Part shown: positions 51,966 to 62,399 of the stretch, in pieces
How positions within the stretch are numbered: position 1 is the first letter of the stretch
How the letters are laid out: each line of letters opens with the position of its first letter
Assembly: GCA_964480485.1 (NCBI GenBank)
Contig: CAYZOP010000002.1
Location: 370,366-434,365 of the forward strand
Direction: 5' to 3'
Source of the DNA: an uncultured Desulfobacterales bacterium
Lineage (GTDB): Bacteria; Desulfobacterota; Desulfobaccia; Desulfobaccales; 0-14-0-80-60-11
Length of the DNA stretch: 64,000 nt
Position numbers and translations under genes: made by a program
Notes under the pieces: model-generated
Seen by the model: the letters and a program-made list of their open reading frames with translations, nothing else
Told to the model about the DNA's origin: nothing
Database searches by the model: none

Positions 51966-54554
51966 ATGACTGAAAACGCCTATCTCAGCCGCGTCCAGCG
52001 CCCCACCCGCTATCTGGGGCGGGAAATCAACGCCGTGTTCAAAGACCCTGGGGACGTGGCTTTCCGGGTGGCCCTCCTCTTTCCCGACCTCTACGAAGTG
52101 GGCATGTCTCACCTGGGGCTGGGGATGCTCTACGATATCCTCAACGCCCGGCCCGATTATTGGTGCGAGCGGGCCTACGCCCCGGCCCCGGACCTGGAGG
52201 CGGAGCTGCGCCGCCGGGGGGAACCCTTGGGTTCGCTGGAGTCCGGCCTGCCGCTGAAGGATTTTCCCCTGGTGGGGGTGAGCCTGCAATATGAGCTGAG
52301 CTACACGAATCTTTTGGCCATGCTTGACCTAGGGGGCATTTCGCTCCTGGCTGCACACCGGGGTCCCCAGGAGGCCGTGGTGGTGGGGGGCGGCCCGGCT
52401 GCCTTCAACCCCGAACCCGTAGCCCCGTTTTTCGACGCCCTGGTCATCGGCGACGGCGAGGACGCCATCCTGGAAGTGGCCGAAACGGTGCAGGCCTGGC
52501 GGGCCGCGGGCGGCAGCCGGCGGGAACTCTGGCAGGCGCTGGAGGCCATCGAGGGCGTCTACGTGCCGGCCTTCTTCGAGCCAGCCTGGGATCAAGACGG
52601 CCACCTGCGGGAGGTGCTTCCCCGGGGGCGTCGCCGCTTGGTGAAGAAGCGCCTGGTGCGCGACCTGAACCGGGTTTCCCTCTCCCCCCGGGTGCTGGTG
52701 CCCTCCTGTCAGATCGTGCACGACCGCCTCAGCGTGGAGATCGTCCGGGGGTGCAGCCGGGGGTGCCGCTACTGCCAGGCCGGCATCATCTACCGGCCGG
52801 TGCGGGAACGGCACCCTGAGGCGGTCAGGGCCTGGGTGGAGGCGGCCTTGGCGGCCACCGGCTTCGAAGAGGTGTCGCTTTTGGCCCTGAGCCCCGGCGA
52901 CTATGCCGCCCTGCCCTGGCTGATGGCCCGGCTCATGGATCACCTGGCCGCGCAGAAGGTGTCCCTGTCCCTCCCTTCCCTCAGGGCCGACACCCTGGCC
53001 CCGGAGTTGATGAACCAGATTCAGCGGGTCCGGCGCACCGGCCTGACCATTGCCCCTGAAGCCGGCAGCGAACGGCTGCGGCGGGCCATCAACAAGAATC
53101 TCTCAGAGGAGCGCATCCTGGCCGCGGCCCAAGAGGCCTTCCAAGCCGGCTGGCGCCTCTTGAAGCTCTATTTTATGGTGGGCCTGCCCACGGAAACCCT
53201 GGAAGATCGGGACAGCATCGGCAGCCTGGTGCAACGCCTCCTGCACGCGGCCCCGGGTGGCAGCCGCCCTCAGCTCAATGTCAGCCTCTCCACTTTCATC
53301 CCCAAGCCGCACACACCTTTTCAATGGGAGCGCCAGGTGGGCCTGGAGGAGAGCCGCCGCCTCCTGGGGGAGGTGAAAGACCGCCTGCGGCAGCGCCAAG
53401 TCCGGGTTAAATGGAACTCCGCGGCCCAAAGCTGGCTGGAGGGGGTCTTCTCCCGGGGTGACCGGCGGCTGGCGGCGGTATTGCTGGCCGCGTATCGCCA
53501 GGGGTGCCGCCTGGATGCCTGGAGCGAGCACCTGAGGCTGGCCCCCTGGCTGGAGGCCTTTCGGGAGGCCGGGGTGGATCCTGAGGTCTACCTGCGGGAG
53601 CGGAGCCTTGAGGAGACGCTGCCCTGGCAGCACCTGGCCAGCGGGGTGAGCCCGTCCTTTCTGGTGGCAGAGCGGGCGCGGGCCTTCGAGGGAATATCTA
53701 CGGCGGACTGTCGTTTCCAAGGCTGCCAGGATTGCGGCGCCTGCCAGGACCCGGTGCATGACCCGCTGCACTTCGAGGCACCACCGATGCCCGGCCCGGC
53801 TCCCAGGTCCGGCCAAGCCCCCCAGGCGGCGCCTCCGCCTTTCATCTATCGTCTGGAGTATGCCAAGGTGGAGGACGCCCGCTGGCTCAGTCACCTGGAG
53901 CTGATCTCGGCCGTGTACCGGGCCCTGCGGCGGGCGGCCCTGCCGGTGGCCTTCAGCGCCGGTTTTCATCCTTTGCCAAGGGTGGCGTTCCATGGAGCCC
54001 TGCCGGTGGGGGTGGAAAGCCTGTGCGAGTCCCTGGACGTGAGCCTGACCCGGCCGGTCCCGCCGCCGGAGCTGATCAGCCGGTTGAATGCGGCGTTGCC
54101 GCCGGGGGTGCGCCTCCTTAATGCTTACCCCCCGGCACCGGGACGCAAGGCTCCCCGGGTAGCCGCCGCGGTTTACCACGTGGAAGCTCCTGATCCACAA
54201 TTTACCCCTGCGGCCGCGGCGGCTTTCACCTGTCGGGAAGAAGTCTGGTACACTCGACGTCGGCCCACCGAGGTCCGGGAAGTGAATGTGCGCCCGCTGG
54301 TGGCCTCCCTGGAGGTCTTGGACGACCGCCACCTGGTCCTGGAAGTTCGGCTGCCGGCCAAGGACAATCTCAAAATCACCGAAGTGCTCGCCGCAATCTT
54401 CGGGATGCCGACAGACCGGGCCGCGGACCTGCGCATCCTCAAAACCCGAGTGCGCTTGGAAGAGGCCCAGTCCCTTTTTACCCTGAATAATCCCCCGGAA
54501 AGCACCCTCCGGTCAGGAATCCCTCCGGCGGCCGGGGTCTGGCTGAAAGACTGA
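51966..54554 (+). CDS. Fused radical SAM protein: B12-binding-like plus rSAM core (TIGR03960-like) with a C-terminal DUF2344/TIGR03936-like domain
   Basis: N-terminal QRPTRYLGREIN. VEIVRGCSRGCRYCQAG CxxxCxxC cluster. The C-terminal ~230 aa are FIYRLEYAKVEDARWLSHLELISAVYRALRRAALPVAFSAGFHPLPRV. Confidence 0.8.
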   Translation: MTENAYLSRVQRPTRYLGREINAVFKDPGDVAFRVALLFPDLYEVGMSHLGLGMLYDILNARPDYWCERAYAPAPDLEAELRRRGEPLGSLESGLPLKDFPLVGVSLQYELSYTNLLAMLDLGGISLLAAHRGPQEAVVVGGGPAAFNPEPVAPFFDALVIGDGEDAILEVAETVQAWRAAGGSRRELWQALEAIEGVYVPAFFEPAWDQDGHLREVLPRGRRRLVKKRLVRDLNRVSLSPRVLVPSCQIVHDRLSVEIVRGCSRGCRYCQAGIIYRPVRERHPEAVRAWVEAALAATGFEEVSLLALSPGDYAALPWLMARLMDHLAAQKVSLSLPSLRADTLAPELMNQIQRVRRTGLTIAPEAGSERLRRAINKNLSEERILAAAQEAFQAGWRLLKLYFMVGLPTETLEDRDSIGSLVQRLLHAAPGGSRPQLNVSLSTFIPKPHTPFQWERQVGLEESRRLLGEVKDRLRQRQVRVKWNSAAQSWLEGVFSRGDRRLAAVLLAAYRQGCRLDAWSEHLRLAPWLEAFREAGVDPEVYLRERSLEETLPWQHLASGVSPSFLVAERARAFEGISTADCRFQGCQDCGACQDPVHDPLHFEAPPMPGPAPRSGQAPQAAPPPFIYRLEYAKVEDARWLSHLELISAVYRALRRAALPVAFSAGFHPLPRVAFHGALPVGVESLCESLDVSLTRPVPPPELISRLNAALPPGVRLLNAYPPAPGRKAPRVAAAVYHVEAPDPQFTPAAAAAFTCREEVWYTRRRPTEVREVNVRPLVASLEVLDDRHLVLEVRLPAKDNLKITEVLAAIFGMPTDRAADLRILKTRVRLEEAQSLFTLNNPPESTLRSGIPPAAGVWLKD

Positions 54555-54584
54555 GGCGCCCGGGGCGCACTGGCCAACGTGGTT

Positions 54585-56111
54585 ATGAGCACCCAACTCA
54601 TCATCAGCAAAGCCGCATGCGATACCCGGGCCGCTCTGGTGGAAGACGGTCGTCTGGCGGAGTTCTTTTTACAGCGACACGCCGACCAGGACCCCACCGG
54701 GAACATCTACAAGGGACGGGTGCTGAAAGTCCTACCGGGCATTGCTGCGGCTTTCGTGGATATCGGCCTGGAGCGGCCTGCCTACCTTTATGTGGAGGAA
54801 GTCTCCGATACCTGGGATGAGCTCTACAGCCTGTGGCTGAAAAACGAAACCCCGGAGGGGAGCCAGCCGGGAGGCCGGGAGCACTCTCCGCCTTCCATTG
54901 CCGATCTTTTGCTACCCGGCCAGGAGGTGCTGGTGCAGGTGCACCGCCCCCCCCAGGGCGGCAAGGGGGCCCGCCTCACCACCCATGTCACCCTGGCGGG
55001 CCATTATCTGGTCTATACCCCCACCCTTGCCACCCTGGGGGTCTCCAAACGGGTGGCGGACGAGGCTGAGCGGGAGCGTCTCAAGACCCTGCTGACCGAG
55101 CTCAAGCCGGAGCGCGGGGGCCTTATCGCCCGCACCGCCAGCCAGACCCAAAACCGTGACAGCCTGGCCCGGGAGCGGGACGCCCTGCTCGCCGTGTGGC
55201 AGAAGGTCCTGCATAAGAGCGAGACGAGCCATGCGCCCGCCCTCCTGCACCAGGAACTGGATTTCCCCCTGCGCCTGGTGCGGGACCTGTTCGGCCCCAA
55301 TACGAATCTGGTGGCGGTGGATGATCCCGACCTCTGCCAGGCGGTGCAAAACTTTTTGGCGGGCCTCCACCCCTGGCTGAAGGCCCGGGTGGAGTGCTAC
55401 TCCGGGACCGAGTCCATCTTCTCCCACTACGGGCTGGACGTGGACTGGCGACGTTTACTCGCTCCCCAGGTCTGGCTGAAGAGCGGTGGCTACCTGGTCA
55501 TTGACACCACAGAAGCCCTCACCGCCATTGATGTCAATACCGGCCGCTTCACCGGCAAGAACCACCTGGAGGAGACCGTCCTCAAGACCAACCTGGAGGC
55601 GGCCCGGGAGGCGGCCAGACAGGTGCGGCTGCGCAATCTGGGAGGCCTCATCGTCATCGATTTCATCGACATGGAAAAAGCCGCTCACCGGGATCTGGTG
55701 TTTGACGCCATGGTGGAGGAGCTTAAAAAAGACCGGGCCAAGACCACGGCCCTCCCCATCTCCTCGTTGGGCCTGATGGAGATGACCCGCCAACGCCTGC
55801 GGGACAGTCTGGTGCAGCTCACTGCCAACGTCTGTCCCTGTTGCCAGGGGCTGGGCGTAACCCTTTCGCCGCTGGTCCTGGCCCACGACATCCTCCGGCA
55901 ACTGACCGCGGACGCCCGGGAATTTTCCGGATGTCGCTTCACCATTCAGACCCACCCGGAAGTGGCGTCCTGCCTCCGGGCGGAAGGGCAGGAGGTCATC
56001 ACCCGCCTCCATGACGCCTTTCAGGCGGAGGTGCAGATCCTGGAAGAAGAGGGCCTCCCCCGGGGGCACTACCAGCTTACCCGGGACTGGCGGGGGCTGA
56101 AGGACAGATAG
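54585..56111 (+). CDS. rng: Ribonuclease G/E family endoribonuclease
   Basis: S1 domain [23 protein letters not shown], DNase-I-like ...IDVNTGRF.., and Zn-link CPCCQG. 508 aa, so RNase G size. Confidence 0.9.
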   Translation: MSTQLIISKAACDTRAALVEDGRLAEFFLQRHADQDPTGNIYKGRVLKVLPGIAAAFVDIGLERPAYLYVEEVSDTWDELYSLWLKNETPEGSQPGGREHSPPSIADLLLPGQEVLVQVHRPPQGGKGARLTTHVTLAGHYLVYTPTLATLGVSKRVADEAERERLKTLLTELKPERGGLIARTASQTQNRDSLARERDALLAVWQKVLHKSETSHAPALLHQELDFPLRLVRDLFGPNTNLVAVDDPDLCQAVQNFLAGLHPWLKARVECYSGTESIFSHYGLDVDWRRLLAPQVWLKSGGYLVIDTTEALTAIDVNTGRFTGKNHLEETVLKTNLEAAREAARQVRLRNLGGLIVIDFIDMEKAAHRDLVFDAMVEELKKDRAKTTALPISSLGLMEMTRQRLRDSLVQLTANVCPCCQGLGVTLSPLVLAHDILRQLTADAREFSGCRFTIQTHPEVASCLRAEGQEVITRLHDAFQAEVQILEEEGLPRGHYQLTRDWRGLKDR

Positions 56112-56187
56112 TTGGGACGGAGGGCTGGGAGAGCGGCAGGTTGCGCCCCCTGGCCCCCGCCCCTGATACGCAACCCAAGGCGGACCC

Positions 56188-58107
<1,920 letters not shown>

Positions 58108-58292
58108 ATGAACGCGGGAATGGGGGGAAGGGTCGGAGATCCTTACCTCCCTTATCGCCCCCATCCCTCATCCCTTAATGAATGGCAACCGGCCCTGCCA
58201 CCCAGGCGTTGAACGGGCGGTAAGCCGGCGTTCCCCTGCAACCTGGGGGGGCGGGGGACCCAGGCTCCTCCGGCCCCCCTCGACACTTCTGG

Positions 58293-59198
58293 CTACTGCC
58301 TCCCGCTGACTGACACGTTGCGATGCCCCTGCCAGGGTCCCGCCGGGGCCGCTTCGGGGTAAGCTTGCTGCTCCGCCACGGGGATGGTGTAGTAGCGTTG
58401 GGCCTCGGCCAGTCCCGCCTCCAAATTGCGGATGCGGTCGGCGTCGCTGGGGTGGGTGGAGGCAAAGGCCGGCATCCGGGCCCGGTCGCCCTTGGCCGTG
58501 GCGAAGCGCCGCCAGAAATCCACCCCCAGGCCCGGGTCGTAGCCGGCCTTGGCCATGAGGATCAGGCCGATGCGGTCCGCCTCGTACTCCTGCTTGCGGC
58601 TGTAGGGCAACAGCAGGCCCATCTGGGTTCCCAGGCCGTAGCCCATCATGGCCAGCTGGCCGGCGGCCGGATGGGCCCCCATCCCCGCCATGGCGATATT
58701 CAGGCCGGTGCCGCCCATTTGGGCCAGCATGTTCTGGCTGAGGCGCTCCCCGGCATGACGGGCCAGGACGTGGGCCGCCTCGTGGCTCATCACCGTGGCC
58801 AGGTCGGCGTCGCTCTTGAGGTAGCGGAAGAGCCCGGCAAAGACCCCCACCTTCCCCCCGGGCAGGCAGAAGGCGTTGGGGGTGGGGTCGTCGATGACCA
58901 CGAATTCCCAGCGGAAGTCCGGCCGGTCCGCCACCCGAGCGATCTGGCGGCCCACCCGCTGCACCGCCTCGTTCATCTGCGGGTCCGGGGACGGCCGGGA
59001 ACGGTATTTCAGCTGTTCAAAAGCCTGATAGCCCAGGCGCAACTCCTGGTCCTGGGACACCATGAGGAGCTGGGACCTGCCGGTATAGGGGACGGTGCCG
59101 CAACCCGTCAACAGCAGGCCGACCAGGGTGAGAGTCAAGCCCAAGGGCGCAATCCTGGCATACACGGCGCCTCTCCTTGTCCGGCGGATGCTTGGCAA
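58293..59198 (-). CDS. M48 family zinc metalloprotease, lipoprotein
   Basis: Lipobox LLTGC, HEAAHVLARH (HExxH), and a downstream E in the YSRKQEYEADRIG region. Confidence 0.88.
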   Translation of the reverse strand: MPSIRRTRRGAVYARIAPLGLTLTLVGLLLTGCGTVPYTGRSQLLMVSQDQELRLGYQAFEQLKYRSRPSPDPQMNEAVQRVGRQIARVADRPDFRWEFVVIDDPTPNAFCLPGGKVGVFAGLFRYLKSDADLATVMSHEAAHVLARHAGERLSQNMLAQMGGTGLNIAMAGMGAHPAAGQLAMMGYGLGTQMGLLLPYSRKQEYEADRIGLILMAKAGYDPGLGVDFWRRFATAKGDRARMPAFASTHPSDADRIRNLEAGLAEAQRYYTIPVAEQQAYPEAAPAGPWQGHRNVSVSGRQ

Positions 59199-59365
59199 AC
59201 CGGTTGTATTAGGTTAGATTGCCGGCCAGGCATTTTATAAAGTCGCCGCCAATTTTTTTTCAGAGAAGACTGGCACCCATGAGATTCTCGGCGGCTGGCC
59301 GGACTTCCCTGGCCCCATCTGCAATCCTCAGGACTCCATGGCGGAAAAGAAAGGGGGGCGGCCGG

Positions 59366-59845
59366 ATGGCAAAAGAAAACGCCCGGGACTACGTGGCGGT
59401 GATCGGCGCCGGTGAGGCAGGTCCTGATCTGTTACGTCTGGCCAGGGAGGTGGGCCGCCTGCTGGCCCAATCGGGGGCGGTCCTGGTGTGCGGCGGCCTG
59501 GGCGGCGTCATGGCTGCGGCTGCCGAGGGCGCCGCCGCGGCTGGCGGGGTAGTCATCGGCATTCTCCCCGGCCCGAACCGAACCGGCGCCAACCCTCATC
59601 TCACCTATGCCATCCCCACCAACCTGGGCCACGCCCGGAATGTGGTCATCGCCCACACCGCGGACGCTCTCATTGCAGTGGGCGGCGGCTATGGCACCAT
59701 CTCCGAGGCGGCCATTGCCCTGAAGCTGGGGAAACCCGTGGTGGGGCTGGCAGCGGAGTGGAGCCTTCCCGGCCTGCTCATCGCCGGGGACCCCCCGGAG
59801 GCCGTTATGCTGGCCACCAGAAGTACCAGGTCCCCAGGCCTTTGA
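59366..59845 (+). CDS. TIGR00725/LOG-SLOG-like Rossmann-fold protein
   Basis: YVAVIGAGEA...A.EVGRLLAQSGAVLVCGGLGGVMAAAAEGA...GG.VIGILPG and ALIAVGGGYGTISE pattern. The ATG at 59366 is preferred over 59219. Confidence 0.6.
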   Translation: MAKENARDYVAVIGAGEAGPDLLRLAREVGRLLAQSGAVLVCGGLGGVMAAAAEGAAAAGGVVIGILPGPNRTGANPHLTYAIPTNLGHARNVVIAHTADALIAVGGGYGTISEAAIALKLGKPVVGLAAEWSLPGLLIAGDPPEAVMLATRSTRSPGL

Positions 59846-59988
59846 CTGGACACCATTGGGCCGCGCCGTCCTGCCCGGGAAAAAGGCAAGCCGGCCAAGG
59901 CGGGTAATGCCCTTGACCGGCTGATGTGCCGGTGGCAGCGCCTGCGGGCCGACGCCCAAAACGGCAGTTCCACCCATTGGTAAGGCGA

Positions 59989-60879
59989 TTATACCTCCAG
60001 CCAGGAATCCGAGAACAGCACCTGGCCCATGATCACCCGGGCGGTCTTGGCGTAGTTCTGCAGGTCCTTGGAAAGGGAGCCGATGTCCACGGATTTCCCG
60101 TCCATGATGTCATAGACCACTTTCACGGCCTCGGGCTTCTTGCCGTCCACCACATCCCGGAGCTCGTCGTCGTACGCGTCCACGATGGCGGATACCATGC
60201 CGTATCGCTGCAGCATGATGACGTAAGTCCGGTTGATGATGGGCCTGAGGTGGTCGGGCACGCCGTTTGAGGAGTTGGACAACCCGCAGGTGGACTTGGC
60301 GCCCGGAGCCATGTCCTGCAACATCTTCATGTATTCCAGGGCGCTGATGAGTTGGGGTTGCTGGATATTCAGCGGCGCGATAATAGGATCGAACCAGATG
60401 CGCTCGTTTTCAATACCGTGGGCGTCGGCATTGGCCAGGATCTCGGCGGTGAGCATGCCGCGCTCGTGCTCATCCCGGGGCATGCCTTCCGGCCCCCACA
60501 GCAGGCCGATCATGTCGGCGTCATATTTTTTCACCAGGGGCATCATGTTGTCCATGCGCTCCTGGCGAGCCATGATGGAGTTGATGAGGGCCCGGCCTTT
60601 ATGCACCTTGAGCCCCGCCTCCATGGCGGCGATGTTGGAGGTATCCAGGGCCAGTGGAATGTTGGGCACCACTTCCTGGATGATCTTGACGATCCATTCC
60701 ATCAATTCTTCGCCGCCTTTGCGGGCCGGGCCGATGTTGACGTCGATGAAATCAACTCCCCGTTCCGCCTCCTCCAGGGCCACTTTTTGCAGCGGCTTGG
60801 GGTCCCGGTCCTTCATGGCCTGACCGTAGATTTTGGTCACCACATTCAGGTTTTCGCCGATGCGGTAGAATTTGCTCAT
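59989..60879 (-). CDS. acsE: Methyltetrahydrofolate:corrinoid/Fe-S protein methyltransferase
   Basis: Collinear by eye with Moorella AcsE (IGE.LN...........RDP.P.Q..A..Q...G...LD.N.GP; LDS.NI.A.EAGLK; GLSN.S). AGGAGAGG lies 7 nt upstream. Confidence 0.88.
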   Translation of the reverse strand: MSKFYRIGENLNVVTKIYGQAMKDRDPKPLQKVALEEAERGVDFIDVNIGPARKGGEELMEWIVKIIQEVVPNIPLALDTSNIAAMEAGLKVHKGRALINSIMARQERMDNMMPLVKKYDADMIGLLWGPEGMPRDEHERGMLTAEILANADAHGIENERIWFDPIIAPLNIQQPQLISALEYMKMLQDMAPGAKSTCGLSNSSNGVPDHLRPIINRTYVIMLQRYGMVSAIVDAYDDELRDVVDGKKPEAVKVVYDIMDGKSVDIGSLSKDLQNYAKTARVIMGQVLFSDSWLEV

Positions 60880-60909
60880 CGGTTGACCTCTCCTTGCAAG
60901 ATGGCGCCA

Positions 60910-60930
60910 GGAGACTCACGGGGAGTCTCC
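60910..60930 (-). other. Perfect 8-bp GC-rich hairpin in the acsC-acsE spacer
   Basis: GGAGACTC (60910-60917) / GAGTCTCC (60923-60930), 5-nt loop. Confidence 0.7.
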
Positions 60931-60959
60931 CGGCGTTATGCCTGTTTCTCTGGCCCCCG

Positions 60960-62297
60960 TTATTGGGCTTTCAGGAAGGCCGGGATATGGGAAGCCTCCC
61001 GCGGACCGATGAGGATCTTCCAGTCGGGGAGTTCCTCTTCCAGGTCGCCGCTGATGGCCGCAGCGTAACCCGGGATGATGAGGGTGCGGGTCTTGGCCTT
61101 ATCGGCGATGCCGCACTTCTTGACGAACATGCCCACCGCGTCCCCTACGAACTTGCCGGCGGCCCAGGCCGTCATGACCGACAGCCCTTCGGTATCCATA
61201 ATCAACAGCCAGGTGGGCACCTTGCTGCCCTCAATCTCGCCCGAGACAATGAAGTAGGTCAAGGCGAAGTTGGTGGTGATGGCGATGGGCGAATTTTCGT
61301 CGGGGTTGTTCAAGGGGTAGATGCCCGGGGTGACGATCATGGGCTTCTGCGGGTCGGTATAAACGTTCAGCCGCTGCAGGAGGAGCGGGAAGACCCGGTG
61401 CGCTTCGAGACTGGACAGGACCACAATGCCGCCGTACTTGGAAATGAAAGTGGCGGCATAGAGGACTTCTTTCATGGGGTCGTCGGTCATCTCACAGGGC
61501 AAGGTCACCGTGGGGAAACCGAAAGGACGGAACTTGGGCCCCAGGGCCGCCCGCCGGAAGACGATCTGATCCTGGAAGGCCTGCTTGATGGTCCGCGCGC
61601 CGCCATCCAATACCAGGTCCTTAAGGCCCATGCCGGTAAGCTTGGTGGTGAGCTCAGCCAGGGCGTCGTAACCGTCGGCCTTGGCTACCAAGGGGAGGCC
61701 CAAGTCTTTGGCCAACGCCCCCATGGCGTCGGCATTGGCCGCGGTGGCCGCGTAGAGCAACGGCTTGCGGTCCTTCACCGCCTCGGCCGCGGCCTTCATG
61801 CCATCCACGTTGTCGCTCATAAGCATGATGGCGGCGTCGCTCTTATCCGCCACCTTTTTGGCCAGGGCTGCGAACTTGCCGGCGTCTCCCATATCCTTCA
61901 CGGCGAACATTTCCGGCCGAAGCATCAAACCGACGCGCTCATACTGCATCTTGTTAAAGGCATCGATCTGAACATCCACGTCGGCATCGCTCATGGCGGT
62001 GGTGAGCAACCCGGCAATGAACGGAGGGTTGAAGAAGGTCTTTTCGTGGCGGAACATCACGGTTTCGCCGCCGATCACCTTTTCCCCTTCTTTCATGCCG
62101 ATTTTCACCGGACGAATGGGCGGCGCCGACGCCTCGGCCAGTTTTTCTCTCACTTCCTCCGATACATACGGACAGGCAGACAACTCCGCCTTGCCGCTGG
62201 CCAGGGCCATTGCAAAGGCGAGGCAGGTAGGAAAGCCGCACTCTTTGCAATTGGTTTTGGGCAGCATTTTAAAGATTTCAATTCCGGTTAAAGCCAT
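60960..62297 (-). CDS. acsC: Corrinoid iron-sulfur protein large subunit
   Basis: N-terminal 4Fe-4S motif CKECGFPTCLAFAMALASGKAELSACPY, then TIM-barrel and Rossmann parts. AAGGAGA lies 6 nt upstream of ATG 62297 (track start GTG 62303). Confidence 0.9.
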   Translation of the reverse strand: MALTGIEIFKMLPKTNCKECGFPTCLAFAMALASGKAELSACPYVSEEVREKLAEASAPPIRPVKIGMKEGEKVIGGETVMFRHEKTFFNPPFIAGLLTTAMSDADVDVQIDAFNKMQYERVGLMLRPEMFAVKDMGDAGKFAALAKKVADKSDAAIMLMSDNVDGMKAAAEAVKDRKPLLYAATAANADAMGALAKDLGLPLVAKADGYDALAELTTKLTGMGLKDLVLDGGARTIKQAFQDQIVFRRAALGPKFRPFGFPTVTLPCEMTDDPMKEVLYAATFISKYGGIVVLSSLEAHRVFPLLLQRLNVYTDPQKPMIVTPGIYPLNNPDENSPIAITTNFALTYFIVSGEIEGSKVPTWLLIMDTEGLSVMTAWAAGKFVGDAVGMFVKKCGIADKAKTRTLIIPGYAAAISGDLEEELPDWKILIGPREASHIPAFLKAQ

Positions 62298-62369
62298 CGT
62301 CACTCTCCTTATCCATGGCTGGTGGCCCCCCCGGGTGGGCGCTCCCCCCCGAGGGGGCTGCTGCGACCA

Positions 62370-62392
62370 GGGCCGGGAGTGGCTCCCGGCCC
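62370..62392 (-). other. Perfect 10-bp GC-rich hairpin in the acsB-acsC spacer
   Basis: GGGCCGGGAG (62370-62379) / CTCCCGGCCC (62383-62392), 3-nt loop. Confidence 0.7.
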
Positions 62393-62399
62393 TCTAGGA

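Noticed and set aside
58108-58292. Searched the selB flanks for a tRNA-Sec gene (selC) and scanned the window for TGA-interrupted same-frame ORF pairs (selenoproteins).
   Set aside because: There is no T-loop (GGTTCGA-type) or long-acceptor cloverleaf here. The only tRNA-like sequence in the window is at 8438-8514. No split ORF pair suggestive of an in-frame UGA was noticed.
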